From Phallusia mammillata (lineage: Eukaryota), in assembly GCA_965637545.1 (NCBI GenBank), contig OZ281496.1:16306001-16370000 (forward strand): a stretch of 64,000 bases of DNA. Reading direction: 5' to 3'. The translations under genes were made by a program, and so were the position numbers. Below are positions 13,380 to 25,959 of the stretch, piece by piece; within the stretch, counting starts at the first letter, position 1; every line of letters begins with the position of its first letter. Under the pieces are notes generated by a model. That model made no database searches. It was not told where the DNA came from and was given only the letters and a program-made list of their open reading frames with translations.

Positions 13380-13890
13380 GCTCCTCGGTGTCGGCTGTGG
13401 TCATTCCTCAAGCTGCCGCAAATAAAAGTTGGTCCATCATCAGAGAGGTAGAAGCTCTGGTGAGTTTGGCACAGCGAGGCCCAAATACGTGACTTAGCTT
13501 CGACTTGCAGTCTAACGAATTGCCAGGTTTACGTCGGGAATAAAACCACGCTGGAGATGAAGTTAATTAGCAGTTCGGTTACCGAAACAACCTATACACG
13601 AAAAACCCATCCAAATAGTCCATGTACAAACAGAATGTGTTCATTTTACACTGACCTTTGCACGCGGGGGTACAACGTGTTGGTGCAGTTGATCAACCTA
13701 AAGATCGAGCGACATCAAAAAGTGTCCCCTTTAGGAAAGGAGAGCCACAATAAATACTACGGTACAGGATACTTACTTAGGAAACACCAAATCCAGGGCA
13801 CTTCAGGATTCAAAATCCATTGCTGCTTTGAATTTTCATAATTATTTTACTTTGTGGGAACAGTCATAAAGTTTGCACATGTGTTTGCTA
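13380..13890 (-). pseudogene. SGNH-like gene, copy 2
   Basis: Homologous to 12050-12560 and an inverted near-copy of 63525-64000. Confidence 0.65.
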
Positions 13891-13922
13891 AAGGGTACAT
13901 AGATTCAATTAAGAATTCAATA

Positions 13923-13977
13923 CAGGGCGTTGTAAAAAAAAAACAAGTTCCTCCACTTGGTTTTTGACAACGGCCTG
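13923..13977. mobile_element. 55-bp Tc1/mariner-type mini-element
   Basis: Imperfect TIRs CAGGGCGTTGTAAAAA/CAGGCCGTTGTCAAAAA flanked by TA on both sides. Confidence 0.6.
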
Positions 13978-14714
13978 TATTTTTTTGACAACCGCCCTGC
14001 GGCCACTATGGAAAAATGTAGAATTTCTTTAAGGATTCTCCGTCTTCAACATCAGTTATATAAAACCTCCAGAAACTAACTGCTATATTTTCGATTCTCA
14101 TAACTTTTATTTTACAAAAATGGAGTCGACAATTTCTATGGCACTTAAAGGTTTGTTATTTTGGCATAGAAACGATTCTTCGAATCCGACAGGTGCCATT
14201 TTGATTTCATCAAGCAAGTTATGTGTCATTAGACCAATTCAAATCCTATAGGTTCTGTAATGCGTTCCTCTAACCGAATTTTTAACAATGTCAGTTCGTT
14301 GCAAATGTCATGCAACCACAAATAGACAAGAAAACATCCATGTCAGATAATTACTTTTTTCACTGAATCTGGGATTCTTCCCGGCCAACCAACGCCACTG
14401 GGTTCCGACTACAAACGGGTGTGTTTAAACTACAACCTCAACATTTCAAATTGGGGTATGAAAGCCGGTTTACACGACACGCGTTACTCGCAAATTAGGT
14501 GTTTGTTTTATTATACTGCGCGATACGCGACTAACGCCTGAAAAGCGTGTCGCGTCGTAATCTTCCAACGCGTGATGAGCGAACAATTTGCGCCTGTCGC
14601 CTTGTGCGCCTGATGGTTGCCAGCTTTGTGTACTGTCGATTGGTTCGTGTTAAGTGTCTTTAATGTAGCTTCTGATCATCTTTTGATATATAGGTAATAT
14701 GGATTTAGTTCAAG

Positions 14715-15930
14715 ATGAACAGTTTATTTTGGAAGTTCAAAATACCCAAATTTATGTAACATCACACTTCATTCATATCGTGACAGAAAAAAGCGGGAGA
14801 AAAGTTGGGAAGACATTGCAAAGGCTTTTACTATTCAGGGTATAATAAAACTTATTTGTAGGTTCACTGAGCCACAAACTTTTGGAAAAATACAGATAAA
14901 AATTTATTTTCCAGACTCTGACAGAGTAAAGCAATGTATATCTAGATGGAAATCGATTAGAGACAAATATGTAAGAGAGAAAAAGAAGTTGGAAGAAAGT
15001 TTTGAAAGTAGTGCAGCAGCATCACATACAGCAATTTGGCCAATGTTTAATATTTTGGACTTTATTTCTCCTTATGTTCAGCCAAGAAGGTAGCATTTGT
15101 AAACATGTTTAAAATATTTGACATAAAATTTCTGTACACTTTAGAACATCATCAAACATCAACTTTAGCCAGGCTGAAAATAATGAGATAGAAGTTGGGT
15201 CAGACTTTGTCATATTAGAAGACAATACTGGCAGTCCCAGTAGTGAGAACACAGGTGAGGGCCTGAAGACAGATTTGACGTCACCCCAGTTCATACAGCA
15301 GACAATGTTAAAAGTTTTGCAAAATGTGTTTTTGTACATATGTATACACCTTAGTAGGAAATAACTACCTCATCAGTGTAAAATGTTCCATCACATACCA
15401 ACACATATCTACTGTTTTTGTCTACACATGTTTCTTCACTTAAGATTCTAGTATGAGACCAAAAAAGAGAAGACATGATGATGTTGCTGAAAAACTACTT
15501 GAAGTGTTAAAAGAGCCCCCTCCAGGTATGAATATTGGATGGACAAACATATTAAAAGAGTGTAATTTAGTCAAATACTTTTTATATTTATTCAAACAAT
15601 TATTATTTATAATAACCATATTCATATGTATTGACATATTATTGCTGAAAAGTTGTAATTGCAGTTTTATATATAGATAAGTTATTTATAAATGAATCAG
15701 TACATATACTTGCTGCACAATTTCAAAGTTTTGTTTGAATGCTGTCACCATGAATTGTGGAAATATTGTGTTGCAAACTGACTGATATATATTTATTTTA
15801 TTTAGTGATTCACTATGATGAAGATGAACTGTTTATGTTAAGCTGTGTGCCCCAATTGAAGCAACTAACTACACAGCAAAAAATAGTGTTAAGATAAAGA
15901 TCTTGCAATTTTTTTCTGACATTCAATAAA
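14715..15930 (+). pseudogene. Harbinger MADF-BESS DNA-binding protein (about 5 exons, frameshift in exon 1)
   Basis: DEQFILEVQ..YRDRKKREKSWEDIAK; RWKSIRDKYVREKK..WPMFNILDFI; C-terminal DEDELFMLSCVPQLKQL (BESS-like); GT-AG introns. Confidence 0.8.
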
Positions 15931-16125
15931 CACAATCGATTTTGACAGTTGTTTTTTATTTGAAAAGACATATTTACACAAGCATTCCAGACTTTTCTGT
16001 TTAAATATCTGCAATACTATTTCGGGTTAGGGAGAAATAGGTACACGCATACCAGGGTTAGGGAGAAATAGGTACACGCATATTGTAGTTTGCATAGTTA
16101 TCAAAGGTCCAACCATTATTAAAAG

Positions 16126-16341
16126 TTAATCAAAAAGTTCTGGGGACACTTGAAAATCTTTTGGACGCTCCGCTCTCATTTCCTGCACCAGAGTGTGAAA
16201 TTCACCTTGAAATAAAAACTGCTTACAAAAACCTAAATGTATGATTACCACATAACAAACCTTTTTCATTTGTGCGTTGCAACATAGAATGCACCCAAAG
16301 TTGTCTTTCTTTTCTTTTGGAAAGCAAGTAGCAGCAAGCAA
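16126..16341 (-). pseudogene. Harbinger transposase N-terminal remnant
   Basis: QGEFHTLVQEMRAE...SPELFD matches the HARBI1-like N-terminal region. Confidence 0.7.
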
Positions 16342-16799
16342 TGACTTTACGACGGCGATGTTGCCATCCTACTAAATTATTGCTTTGTACATTTTGTACC
16401 CTGTTTGCCGTGGCTGCAGATGTTTACAAAAGAAAACAATCAGGTCGTCATACTTAATTGATTTTTGTGTTCTCGTCGTGTAAACACCCTTCGCATACGA
16501 CGCGCAGACCATCACCGTGTAAACCGGCCTTGACTTTGCAACTCCGGGATTCAATGTTTAATGGTAACAGCTGCAAAATCGAGAAAACACAGCTCTTTCT
16601 TTGTTTGGAAACCAGCCACTTAACCTGCTTGCCGAAGACGCTGAACGGATATTTCAATGCTGCATTCTCTGTCCACGAGGCCACGTTATATAAACACAAA
16701 AGTAAACATGTCAAGCGTTTGAAAAAAAACATAGAACGCGAGACAAAGGTAAATTACAACAGTCTTTCACAACTAAAGTTTTAGTGACGATCACGCTAA

Positions 16800-18070
16800 T
16801 GCCCTCATACGTAAAACGATGATATTACAAAAACGTAACTCTTTCTGCACCTGGTGTGATACAGTATGAGTGCTACATTAGATTGCTATTGCCACTGACT
16901 ATATCATTTGATGGCTACACACGATCTTATTTGTGCCTCCTCCGGAGTCAAACTTCCATGGAGACCACATATGTATTTTTACTTTTTATTAAGTTACAAT
17001 AATGTGTACCTCCCGCGGTTGTGCGTTTGTGTCCCAGTGCCTCAGTTAACGAACATTTTGTATACTTTCAACTGAAAGTATCTTACATTTGGACTTATAG
17101 CTTTGTGCAAAAAAAAAACATCGACAAAATACTATTCCATCTCGTTTTTGAATCCAACATTAACTCTACGTTTTTTCCATGCTCTTCTTGAACATACCTC
17201 CGCAAAATTTGATTTTGTAAAGAAGATTTTCGAAAATATCTTGAAATATTTCTTGCTTTGGAAATTACCATAGACACATTTCATCATTATTTAACTCATT
17301 AGAAATATCAATTTTACCTATTTTATTTTTTAAATTCAACAGCAGTACTGAAATCGTTATTTCCAAGTTCCTCTTCTTATAGATCAAAGGATTCTTCTAC
17401 ACTTTGCAATTCAAGTTCATTGTCGCATTCTTGCTATACAAATCGCTGTTCACATGGAATAACTACCGTATATACTCGCCTATAGGTCGCGCACTATTAG
17501 TTTTGTGTTTAAAAAGTGTAATTTAGAGTTGACTCGCACATAAGTCGCACTGAAAATCTAGGGATTTGAAAGGCCCTTAGCCTAGCTTTTTTTGCATAAA
17601 TAACCGGTGCAATTGGTTGTTTTTTACCATTGAACTGCATTGCATTGAAACCGAAAAACTATCTTTTCTCAACAAAGCGGGAAAATCCAACGCAAGCTGA
17701 GCTGACGCATGTGCGTGTGCGCTCATGAAACTGTCTTGCATTGGTATGTGCGTGCACGAGCGCATGCACCCGTATTCGATAGCACATTTCCACTACAATT
17801 CGCGATTTGCACTTATGTCTCGCGTATAGGTCGCACCTATATTTTTTTTGAATATAAGTAAAAAAGTTGCGACATATACGCGAGTATGTACGGTATTCTG
17901 AGTTTGATCATCACAGGCGAACAATCAGTTACACAACCCAACACATGTTTTTTTCAATGACACATTACATTCATTTAATTTTCTCTCCACTATTTCAGCA
18001 GCAGCTTTAGCGGGCAAAGAACCGAAAATTTTTACCATTTCTAAAATTACAGCTGTTGGACATTGCCTCA
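16800..18070 (-). pseudogene. hAT (Ac-like) transposase remnant, interrupted by a pogo MITE
   Basis: MVKIFGSLPAKAAAEIVERKLNE..KKHVLGCVTD; ISRYFRKS..LDSKTRWNS. Confidence 0.75.
17466..17893. mobile_element. pogo/Tigger-like MITE, 428 bp
   Basis: TIRs CCGTA(T/C)ATACTCGC(C/G)TATA; TA on both sides. Confidence 0.9.
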
Positions 18071-18391
18071 CCAATCTTTTGGATGAAAGTCTTGCCAGAA
18101 TACCCTGACCTTGCCATAAACGCATTCAAAGCTTTGCTACCATGTACGACATCGTATTTATGCGAGTCTGGACTTTCTGTGATGGCAGCAACAAAGACCA
18201 AACCGCGAAACAGACTGGACGTGAACGACACATTGCGGAAGTCATTAAGTTTAATTACTCCTGCGTGGGTGCGCCTCGGTGCGACAAAACAAGCTCAACG
18301 TTTGCAGGTTTTGAAGGGCGGTCCGTGACAAAATTTTACTTTCAAAACCAGTCCGCAGGTTTCGCAGTGCAAAAATGGTTGCCAACCCCTG
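18070..18391 (+). mobile_element. hAT Charlie/Buster 3' fragment
   Basis: FWMKVLPEYPDLA..SYLCESGLSVMAATKTKPRNRLDV dimerisation domain; terminus GGTTGCCAACCCCTG followed by GTCTAGCA. Confidence 0.85.
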
Positions 18392-21124
18392 GTCTAGCAA
18401 ACTTCCTCCAGTGGCAGATGTGTTTCATAATATACACTAGTACCTTAGCAGTAATGTTTATGATTAAATTACTTTTCAAGCCCGTGAATAGTGTTCCTAA
18501 GTATATTGAAATCATTTTCCAAAAAATTACGGCCGGTCATTTTTTAGTGCTTACCAAGGTTTCTACAATTGCACGTACACTTTTAGGTTTGAAACCGTCT
18601 GTGTACAGTCCTTTGATGGCAGTGACCCTGCTTAAAGCAACATATCCCATACCTTGTGTAAAAAAATCCCATATTGACAACAATTGTATCCTCAGTGCTT
18701 CCTGGAATTTTGTGTACTGTGCATGCCCAAGACAGTTGATGATGATATTGGTGCCGCACATAAGTTTTCCTTCCTTTATTTGGTGGCTTGCTTGTGGTTT
18801 AATCAAAACTGCTGAAGAAGAACAATTATTTAAATTTTGTGACCTGTTTGTAGTTGATCCAACTGAAGGGTTATCAAAAACAACTGCAATGTTATCGGGT
18901 AGATAAAACCGTTTGTGGCCATCGATAATTTTTTCCACTGTTCCCATAACTCCATTGAAAGTCCATCTGCAACATCAATGTCAGCAATTATCATTATTCT
19001 AGCACCAACAGCAACATCTATTTTATCTGGTTGTGATGGGTGGTCTTTTTTACTGTACTTTATCGGTACTCTGCTGCGGTAATGTTGGCATTTGTTATTT
19101 TTTTACCACATCGACCGCATGCAAAGTTGTGATTGATCCTTCGAGTTTGCACAGCATATTTTAATTATGTTTGTCGACTTTTGCATTTTCGCCATACAAA
19201 TGGAGAGCATCTTTCGGATAGTCAGAGTGCCACGTAATCATTCGCTGTTGCAATTTTGTTTTGTCATCTATTGAAATTTGATCCTTTTTTGTTTTACTCG
19301 TAATCTATTTAGGAATTGAACAAAACCTTCATCTTTCTTGTGTCTCATGATTTGATGTAACTCAATTAGTTGAAATTGAGCCCACAAATCAGGGTGGAAG
19401 GATGTTTTAATAATGAAGTGCCACACACTGGAGGAATTTGGAAAAAATCACCAACAGCAAAAATAGAAATGTTGCCAAATGATAAGTGTGGGTCTGCTGG
19501 GCGTAGAATCTGGTCAAGTTTTTGGCTGATGTGCATCATTAGGTTTTGATTGAAACCTGCAGAAAAAAATCATGAATGAATAAAAATGATACAAACAGAC
19601 ATCATAATTCACATATCTTTGGAAGCTTACCTCATCTATGACAAAAAATTTTATATGTGCCAGTTTCACTCGAAGTGATATGAGTTTTTCCTCAGAGAGT
19701 TGCTTATACTGCTTGTTTGGTTCACAATGCTCAAAGCAGAATGAATAGTAGTTCCATCTTTGTGAGATCAATAATTACGGCTTCGAGTTTGTAATAAACA
19801 CTTACCAATGTTGAAAGCAGCCCTTCCACTGAATGCCGTCAAAAACACCATTGCATCATATGGTGTGTCAGAAAAACTACTTAATAACTGGCTTGCCTCA
19901 TGATGGATGTACTTTACCAGCAAACTTTTTCGTCACATAATTTGTTAAATTTGGCCATTTCTTTTTAACGAACTGAAAAGGTTTGTAAAATTGTGACAGG
20001 GTGCAACTTTTGCATGACAAATATTAACCTAACACAGTTTGCAGCAGTTGGAACAAACACAACCGTCCTTGAAGATTCTTTAAGTGTGCCGGGGCTCAAC
20101 GTGCATGTGTGTGCAGTGCCCACAATGAAAAACAAGGCCCTGGAAGCTAACTATTGGTTTTGGAAATATTCTGCAGCGTCAGCTGAGCTTCTTGAGCTAT
20201 GTTATTCTTTACTCGGAAGCTTATTGTTTCTTCTGATTCTCGTGGCTCGTATCGGTCGTCTGCAGTAGCGAGTAATTTCATTATTACGATTCTTAGCGCT
20301 TGCTGAATGGAGGCGACATGATCCACAAAAGATCAATTTTCTGGTTACTCAACACACACCAAGTCTCATTTATCTCAAGGAAATCATACGATGGAAAGAG
20401 AGAGATCAACGATAAACCATTGGCTTTCAAACTGATACTCGTTTTTCGTGCGATCATTTTAGAACAGTACCTTCTTTTACTCACATCAGCTCACATATTG
20501 CTTGTTGCTTGTTTTGAGTTAAACGCTTGCAAAGATATGCAGCACTGCAAAGGATTGCACAACTATTTCGAAACACCCGGTTTACGCAACAGCCTGTCTT
20601 ATGGTCAGGCTGTTGGAACATATCAGGAAGACGGGAACATGTAACAACGACACTGAATATGTACTTCCAATAGCAGCATATAATTTCCATGGAACGAAAA
20701 GTCATGCTTGCAAAGTTAAAATTTTCATTACTTAGTGCTTAACCAAACCAAAGTGCCAAAATTGATGGTTTAAAAGCACGTGACCGCTACAAGTGACAAA
20801 CCGGTTGCCCGGTATGCGGATTCCATCAAACTGATTTCACGGTGTGTTAGATATTTGTTTCAGATCAATCGAAGTTCATGAAATGCATCCACATTTCCTT
20901 CCAGTGCTTCCTTTTTGTGCCTGTTTAATTAAATTTCCAAATTCTCTTTCACTTTTTGATACATAAAGTACATACATGATACAGCCATAAGGATCTAATA
21001 CAAACTGAATATTCATACTGGCACTCCATGAACGGAGTAAATGTGGGTTGTATGAATTAACTCAGCACTCTGCTGGGTTTTGGATTACAATACAATGTGC
21101 GTGACGATACTCCGGAAATGAAAG

Positions 21125-21410
21125 TGTAGCGGCTGATCACTTGCTAGATCTAGTCCTTAATTGAAGTCCTTTTTGTGCACAATTATATCCGTAATGACTT
21201 TGTATTGGTACAAAAGTTAAGTTGAGTTACAGTGATGATGATATTAAAGTGATGTAGCATCGTTCGAAACAACATGTATATATACGTACAATTGTCAACG
21301 ACAAACAGTCAACAAAAGGTGACAACATATGGTATACAGCTGTGTGGAATTAAATGCTTGAGGTGATTGATTTACTTGACAAATACGTTTGTACAGATCA
21401 TAATCCCACA
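21125..21410 (-). repeat. LTR (3' LTR in element orientation)
   Basis: Direct repeat of 22590-22875. Confidence 0.92.
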
Positions 21411-22589
21411 TAGGTATCCCCCCTGACAAGTGTTTTCTGTATAATGGTACAAATTACGATTTGGGTAAATTTGTTAAAAGTTCGACTTTTCACATCTCCA
21501 AACACATAAGCGACCGCCACCAAACAGTTTTTTCCAATGACCATTGCGCGCTATTCGTTCTTCGGACAGCATAGTCTTTCAAATTGTTCCACGACTTGTA
21601 CATGCTTGATCAGTGTCTTCATTGGTGTACAGAGGTCGACATGATTGTTCGTTTTCTCAAGCGCGGTCATTTCTTCAGCGGTGCTTGCTTGTGTATTGGT
21701 GAATGTTACTCGGTCTTGTCCGGATGAAAAACTTTAAAAACAAAAATATAAACAGCAAAATTGCGGCAAACGTATTGTGATAACTATTAAGTGTAGGTGA
21801 AGAGGTATGTCAAAAAATTAGTTATCGGGCCAATCAAGAAATTATGCGTGTGTACGTTGATAACGGTTTGCAAAGTTCTCTACAACCCTAATACTAGGCT
21901 CAACTCGCTAGCTTTGAGACATCACGGATTTGCTTAGCGAGGAGATGACGTTCCCTAATGCAAGGATTTACAGACCGTGGGATCAGACAATAAAAATAAA
22001 TGAATGCAATACAATATGGCAGCCTTGCGACCTGCTAAATACGATTTCCCACATAATCGCAACCTCAGTGAGTCGAGGGTTTCTAAAGATGACATACCGG
22101 CGAGTTTCATTGATCGCTCGGTGTGTGCGTTTTGCTCATAAACAGCACATTAAGTAGATTGTTATTCCACCGTATCAAACACATACGTTACATATTTCTT
22201 CGTAGAAGTTATAGTTTAGTTGACATCTTACAACTACCATACACTAAAAAGTTATCAAAACTTGAGACAATTACGCAATATATTAAACTTTGACATATCC
22301 CAAGTTTGGGCTAGGCGTTAAATCTTAAAAGTGTAAATAAATGTAACATAACACAAAGTTAGGCGTAGCTTGGTAATATAACGTTCATCAATGTACAAAC
22401 CTAACTCTGAGCGTTTTTCACAAACAACATCGTCATCGACGTTCTGGTCCAGTTTGCTTTGTTCGCTTCTTTTTGCTTGTTTTCCATTTCCGTGGCGATT
22501 TTTGCTACTTCAGTTCACGTCGCTGCTTGGTTGGTTGGTTGAAGTAGGTTGAAGTATCAAAGTATCAGAAGTCACCATTTCACCATTCA

Positions 22590-22875
22590 TGTAGCGGCTG
22601 ATCACTTGCTAGATCTAATCCTTAATTGAAGTCCTTTTTGTGCACAATTATATCCGTAATGACTTTGTATTGGTACAAAAGTTAAGTTGAGTTACAGTGA
22701 TGATGATATTAAAGTGATGTAGCATCGTTCGAAACAACATGTATATATATGTACAATTGTCAACGACAAACAGTCAACAAAAGGTGACAACATATGGTAT
22801 ACAGCTGTGTGGAATTAAATGCTTGAGGTGATTGATTTACTTGACAAATACGTTTGTACAGATCATAATCCCACA
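22590..22875 (-). repeat. LTR (5' LTR in element orientation)
   Basis: Direct repeat of 21125-21410. Confidence 0.92.
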
Positions 22876-25800
22876 AAAGTTCAGCATCCTGTGAAATTTA
22901 AACCAGTTAATACATGCAAATGAGAAATACTTGCAATACCTGGAGGGCTTCAGCATTCTTTTCTTCAGTTTTTTGTTCTAGTAAAATTGGTGTGGATATA
23001 AATGTTTTAGAACTGATAGGACGGGGAAACCTAAAAAAACATTTCGATAAAGTTATCAAACACATACAACATTTACATTATACCTGCATACTTTGCCACC
23101 GTTTTGGCATGATTTGGAATGCTTTTTACTGTGTGTCTGTAAAATGGTTTGGTCACCATTTCATGCAATTCTGGGTCATCATTTTGGTCAGGAATTTTAC
23201 ATGTTATAAAATCGAAAACTTCTTGGTCATTATTTTTATTAAATTTTCGGGCATCTAACCCAGAACAGACCATTAATATGAGGCCAACCTAGTTGAAAGG
23301 AAAAAAATGCAAAGGAGCAATTATGTCATTAAGGAAATGGTGGACTCTTTGGTCAAACATTTTGGTTGCTGTGACTGGGTTGTTTGCGATTAGCTTACAA
23401 GAGGTTTCCCAATTTAGTGGCGGAACAGATTTGTTTTGTCGAGTGCATATTGCTTCCAAAATTTCAGGCCATCTACGATCCGCTGCAGAAAAACTACAAA
23501 ACAGGGTTGGAATTCCAAGCTCTCTTAGTTGTGCAAATAATTCGTTGACTGTATGATCTCAATATGAAGAACTGCCACGTAGGGATTTCAGAGATTTGTA
23601 TGCTTCATCTTTTCCAAGTATTTTCTGCAATGTATTTTCCCCTAGTAAAACATCTTTAGTTATTTTTTTCCCAACTGAAGTCAAAGTGGTGTTTTTACGC
23701 ATAGTAATTGACATTGAAGAGTTTACAGTCAATGCATCATTGGACAGGAAGCAAAACGATTATCCATCCAAAAAAAGTCGACTGTTAAGGTAGCAGTTAA
23801 ATGATAATTTTTTAATCTATTCTGTTTAAAAATATTTTTTTCCTGAAAGAAATAATCCTTTAAAACATTGTCCTTCGGCTTCGACTTCTGGTTTATTTCC
23901 TAAGCATAATATTTGATCGTTGGTGTCAAATAAATATTGTGCAGGGTCAGCAGGAAGAAGGCATGAAAGAGGTGCAGAGGTGTGAGAAATTTTATCTGAA
24001 CAAAAAGGTGTCTATCGTTTTCAAAGAAAAAAAATTTAATTTTTTTTTTTCAAACAATTACCAGAAGGTTTAGTTGAAGTAACTATTTTGTGGACTTTCG
24101 CAAACCTGCACTGTCATCATCAAAATCTTCTAGAAGCTTTTTTGCGACATTATCTGAAATGTCTAACTCAGTGTCAAAGAGTGGTTGACCTGCCAAGCAC
24201 AAAAAAATTAAGTTTAAGCATGATAAAGTTTATGTTTCCACCAAATTACCTTTGTTAATTTCATCAAATTCAACTTTGTTGATGCGAATGTCTGCAAACA
24301 AATACGTAACAAATGGCCCCATTTAACACTCAATTTTGGGGGAAAAAACTGCTTTGTTGACTATTGAGATTATTTGTCCAATTATAATGCATGTTTGGGT
24401 AGCAAGCTTCCTTAACACTACATGAGAAAAACAGCTCACTGATTTTTCACAAATTAACATTTTTAAAAAGGAAAGAACTTGTACCTTTATAGTGGATGTT
24501 TGTCGATTTCAAAGTTTCCAGTGCAGCACAATTTTTTTGTGGATCAACTTGTTGATATAAGTGATGACCCTTGTACTGAAGTTTCCGTTTTAGTTTGACT
24601 TTAATTAGAGTGTTAGTGGTTGCAGGTCTTGGAAGTTCCGAAGCAGTCTTTTCAATGTTAGAGTTGACACAAACTACTGAACCATAAACACCTTTCTGTG
24701 ACCCTTTTAGCAAAGCAACAATCTTCATAAATGGCACAATGGGAGAAATAAGGTGACGTTCCAAAGTATTTAGATGTTTAAGTTCAGGTGGCACTACTTC
24801 TAATTCCAAACCATTTCCTGGCTTGAAGTGGCATATCTCCTTTTCTTAGATGTCTGCTGAATATGAAGCAAATCCATTGTTGAACATCAACCACTAAATC
24901 TAAAGCAGATAATTTTGAATTGTTAGGGTAATTTAGACAGTGGTATGTTTTGACCTGTTTGATAAAAAAATAATCTGTTACATATACAGCAAGGATACTT
25001 AGGAAGTTGTTTACAGTGATCGCGGAAAATGGGAATGCGGTTTTGTGCTTCTTCGAGTTTTCTATTATTTTTTTCATGCGCCACTTTGCTTCTTCCAAGC
25101 AGTTTTTTTCTGAAACACAAATCTTGTTGATATTTAGTTTTAATCCTTTGTGCAGTTCTCGATTTTACTAATTTTCGATATTTGTCATCTGTATGGTATT
25201 TGGGTTTGACATGCTGGGATGACATCGCTATTTTTGACCTCCTGAATTTTTCATTTTCAGCGTAAAGTTTTTTTGCTGATTGCAGCTGCCTTCTTTTTGA
25301 TGAATGATCTAAACCAGTGGTTCCCAAGGGCCCATGGGCGTAGATTGACAAGAAACACCCACTAAAAGTCATTTTCAACACAATTGTACACATGCATGAG
25401 AGGTCGCCACAGGATCACCTTCAAAATATATATCGAGCCACCAAACCAGAACCGTAGTAATCGCCAAGCAAACATGTTGTGTCGTACGACACAACCTGTT
25501 GGAAGTATTTGTCGACGATGTAGTATTGATTGCGAGTTGAAGGAGACATAACCAACTTAAAGAGCTGTGTTTACCCGATTAGGGCGAGCGCGGTTTTTGT
25601 TGAACTCTAATTATGGAAACAGGTTTGCAAAGAAACAGAATCAATCGGTAAACGTTTAAGAATATATATTTCGCCTATTGGCATCGTTATCATACTATGT
25701 ATTCTCACTGCTACCAGTCTGAGTTAATTTTGTACTTCCGCGGGCGAGCTGGGGCATTGGTGATATCTGCGAGAATGGGTCGTTTGGTTGGTGTTTTCAT

Positions 25801-25959
25801 GCTGCTTGCTTCTGCTGCTGTCCGTTTGTCTGACAATGAATCGGATAGTGTGAATATATTTACTCGACGTCGTTGCGCTTTTATCCCGCAAAATTGACCC
25901 GGGGCTGTGTCGGTGACGACCGCGGGTAAGGTTGTAAAGTTTGGACATCATTACTCAAC

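Larger units (their letters stand above)
14462..16530. mobile_element. Harbinger/PIF element, transposase largely deleted
   Basis: 16-bp TIR A(A/G)GCCGGTTTACACG(A/G) and TGA TSD; empty site confirmed by a paralogous flank; MADF gene on plus strand, transposase N-terminus on minus strand. Confidence 0.9.
14340..16640 (-). pseudogene. SGNH-like gene, copy 3, split by the Harbinger at 14462-16530
   Basis: The joined flanks (TTGGGGTATGA|CTTTGCAACTCC) align to copy 1 (TTGGGGGACGATTTTGCAACTCC at about 12655-12680); VKWLV..KSCV exon start. Confidence 0.7.
21125..22875 (-). mobile_element. Non-autonomous LTR retroelement (TRIM/LARD-like) inserted in the Helitron Rep
   Basis: Two 286-bp LTRs with TGT...ACA ends and 2 mismatches; 4-bp TSD AAAG. 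On the minus strand, PBS-like TGGTGACTTCTGAT lies near the 5' LTR and AGGGGGGATA (PPT-like) precedes the 3' LTR. Confidence 0.9.
18537..25310 (-). mobile_element. Degraded Helitron (DUF6570 region, Rep HUH, PIF1 helicase)
   Basis: ERHLISPIVPFMKI..KLKRKLQYKGH; ELGIPTLFCSFSAADRRWPE; FQLGWPHINGLFW (HUH-like); [19 protein letters not shown]; FVIDEVS (Walker B); VGDF.QIPPV; GMGYVALSRVT. Termini not identified. Confidence 0.9.

Noticed and set aside
16023-16082. GGGTTAGGG suggesting a telomeric repeat
   Set aside because: It is part of a single tandem duplication of about 31 bp inside the Harbinger, not a TTAGGG array.
18430-18450. Helitron 3' terminus (CTAG|T on the minus strand)
   Set aside because: No GC-rich hairpin lies upstream of it, so the motif alone is insufficient.
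18142-18906. 254-aa plus-strand ORF
   Set aside because: It runs across a hAT end and antisense to the Helitron helicase; no domain is recognisable, so it is a chance open frame.
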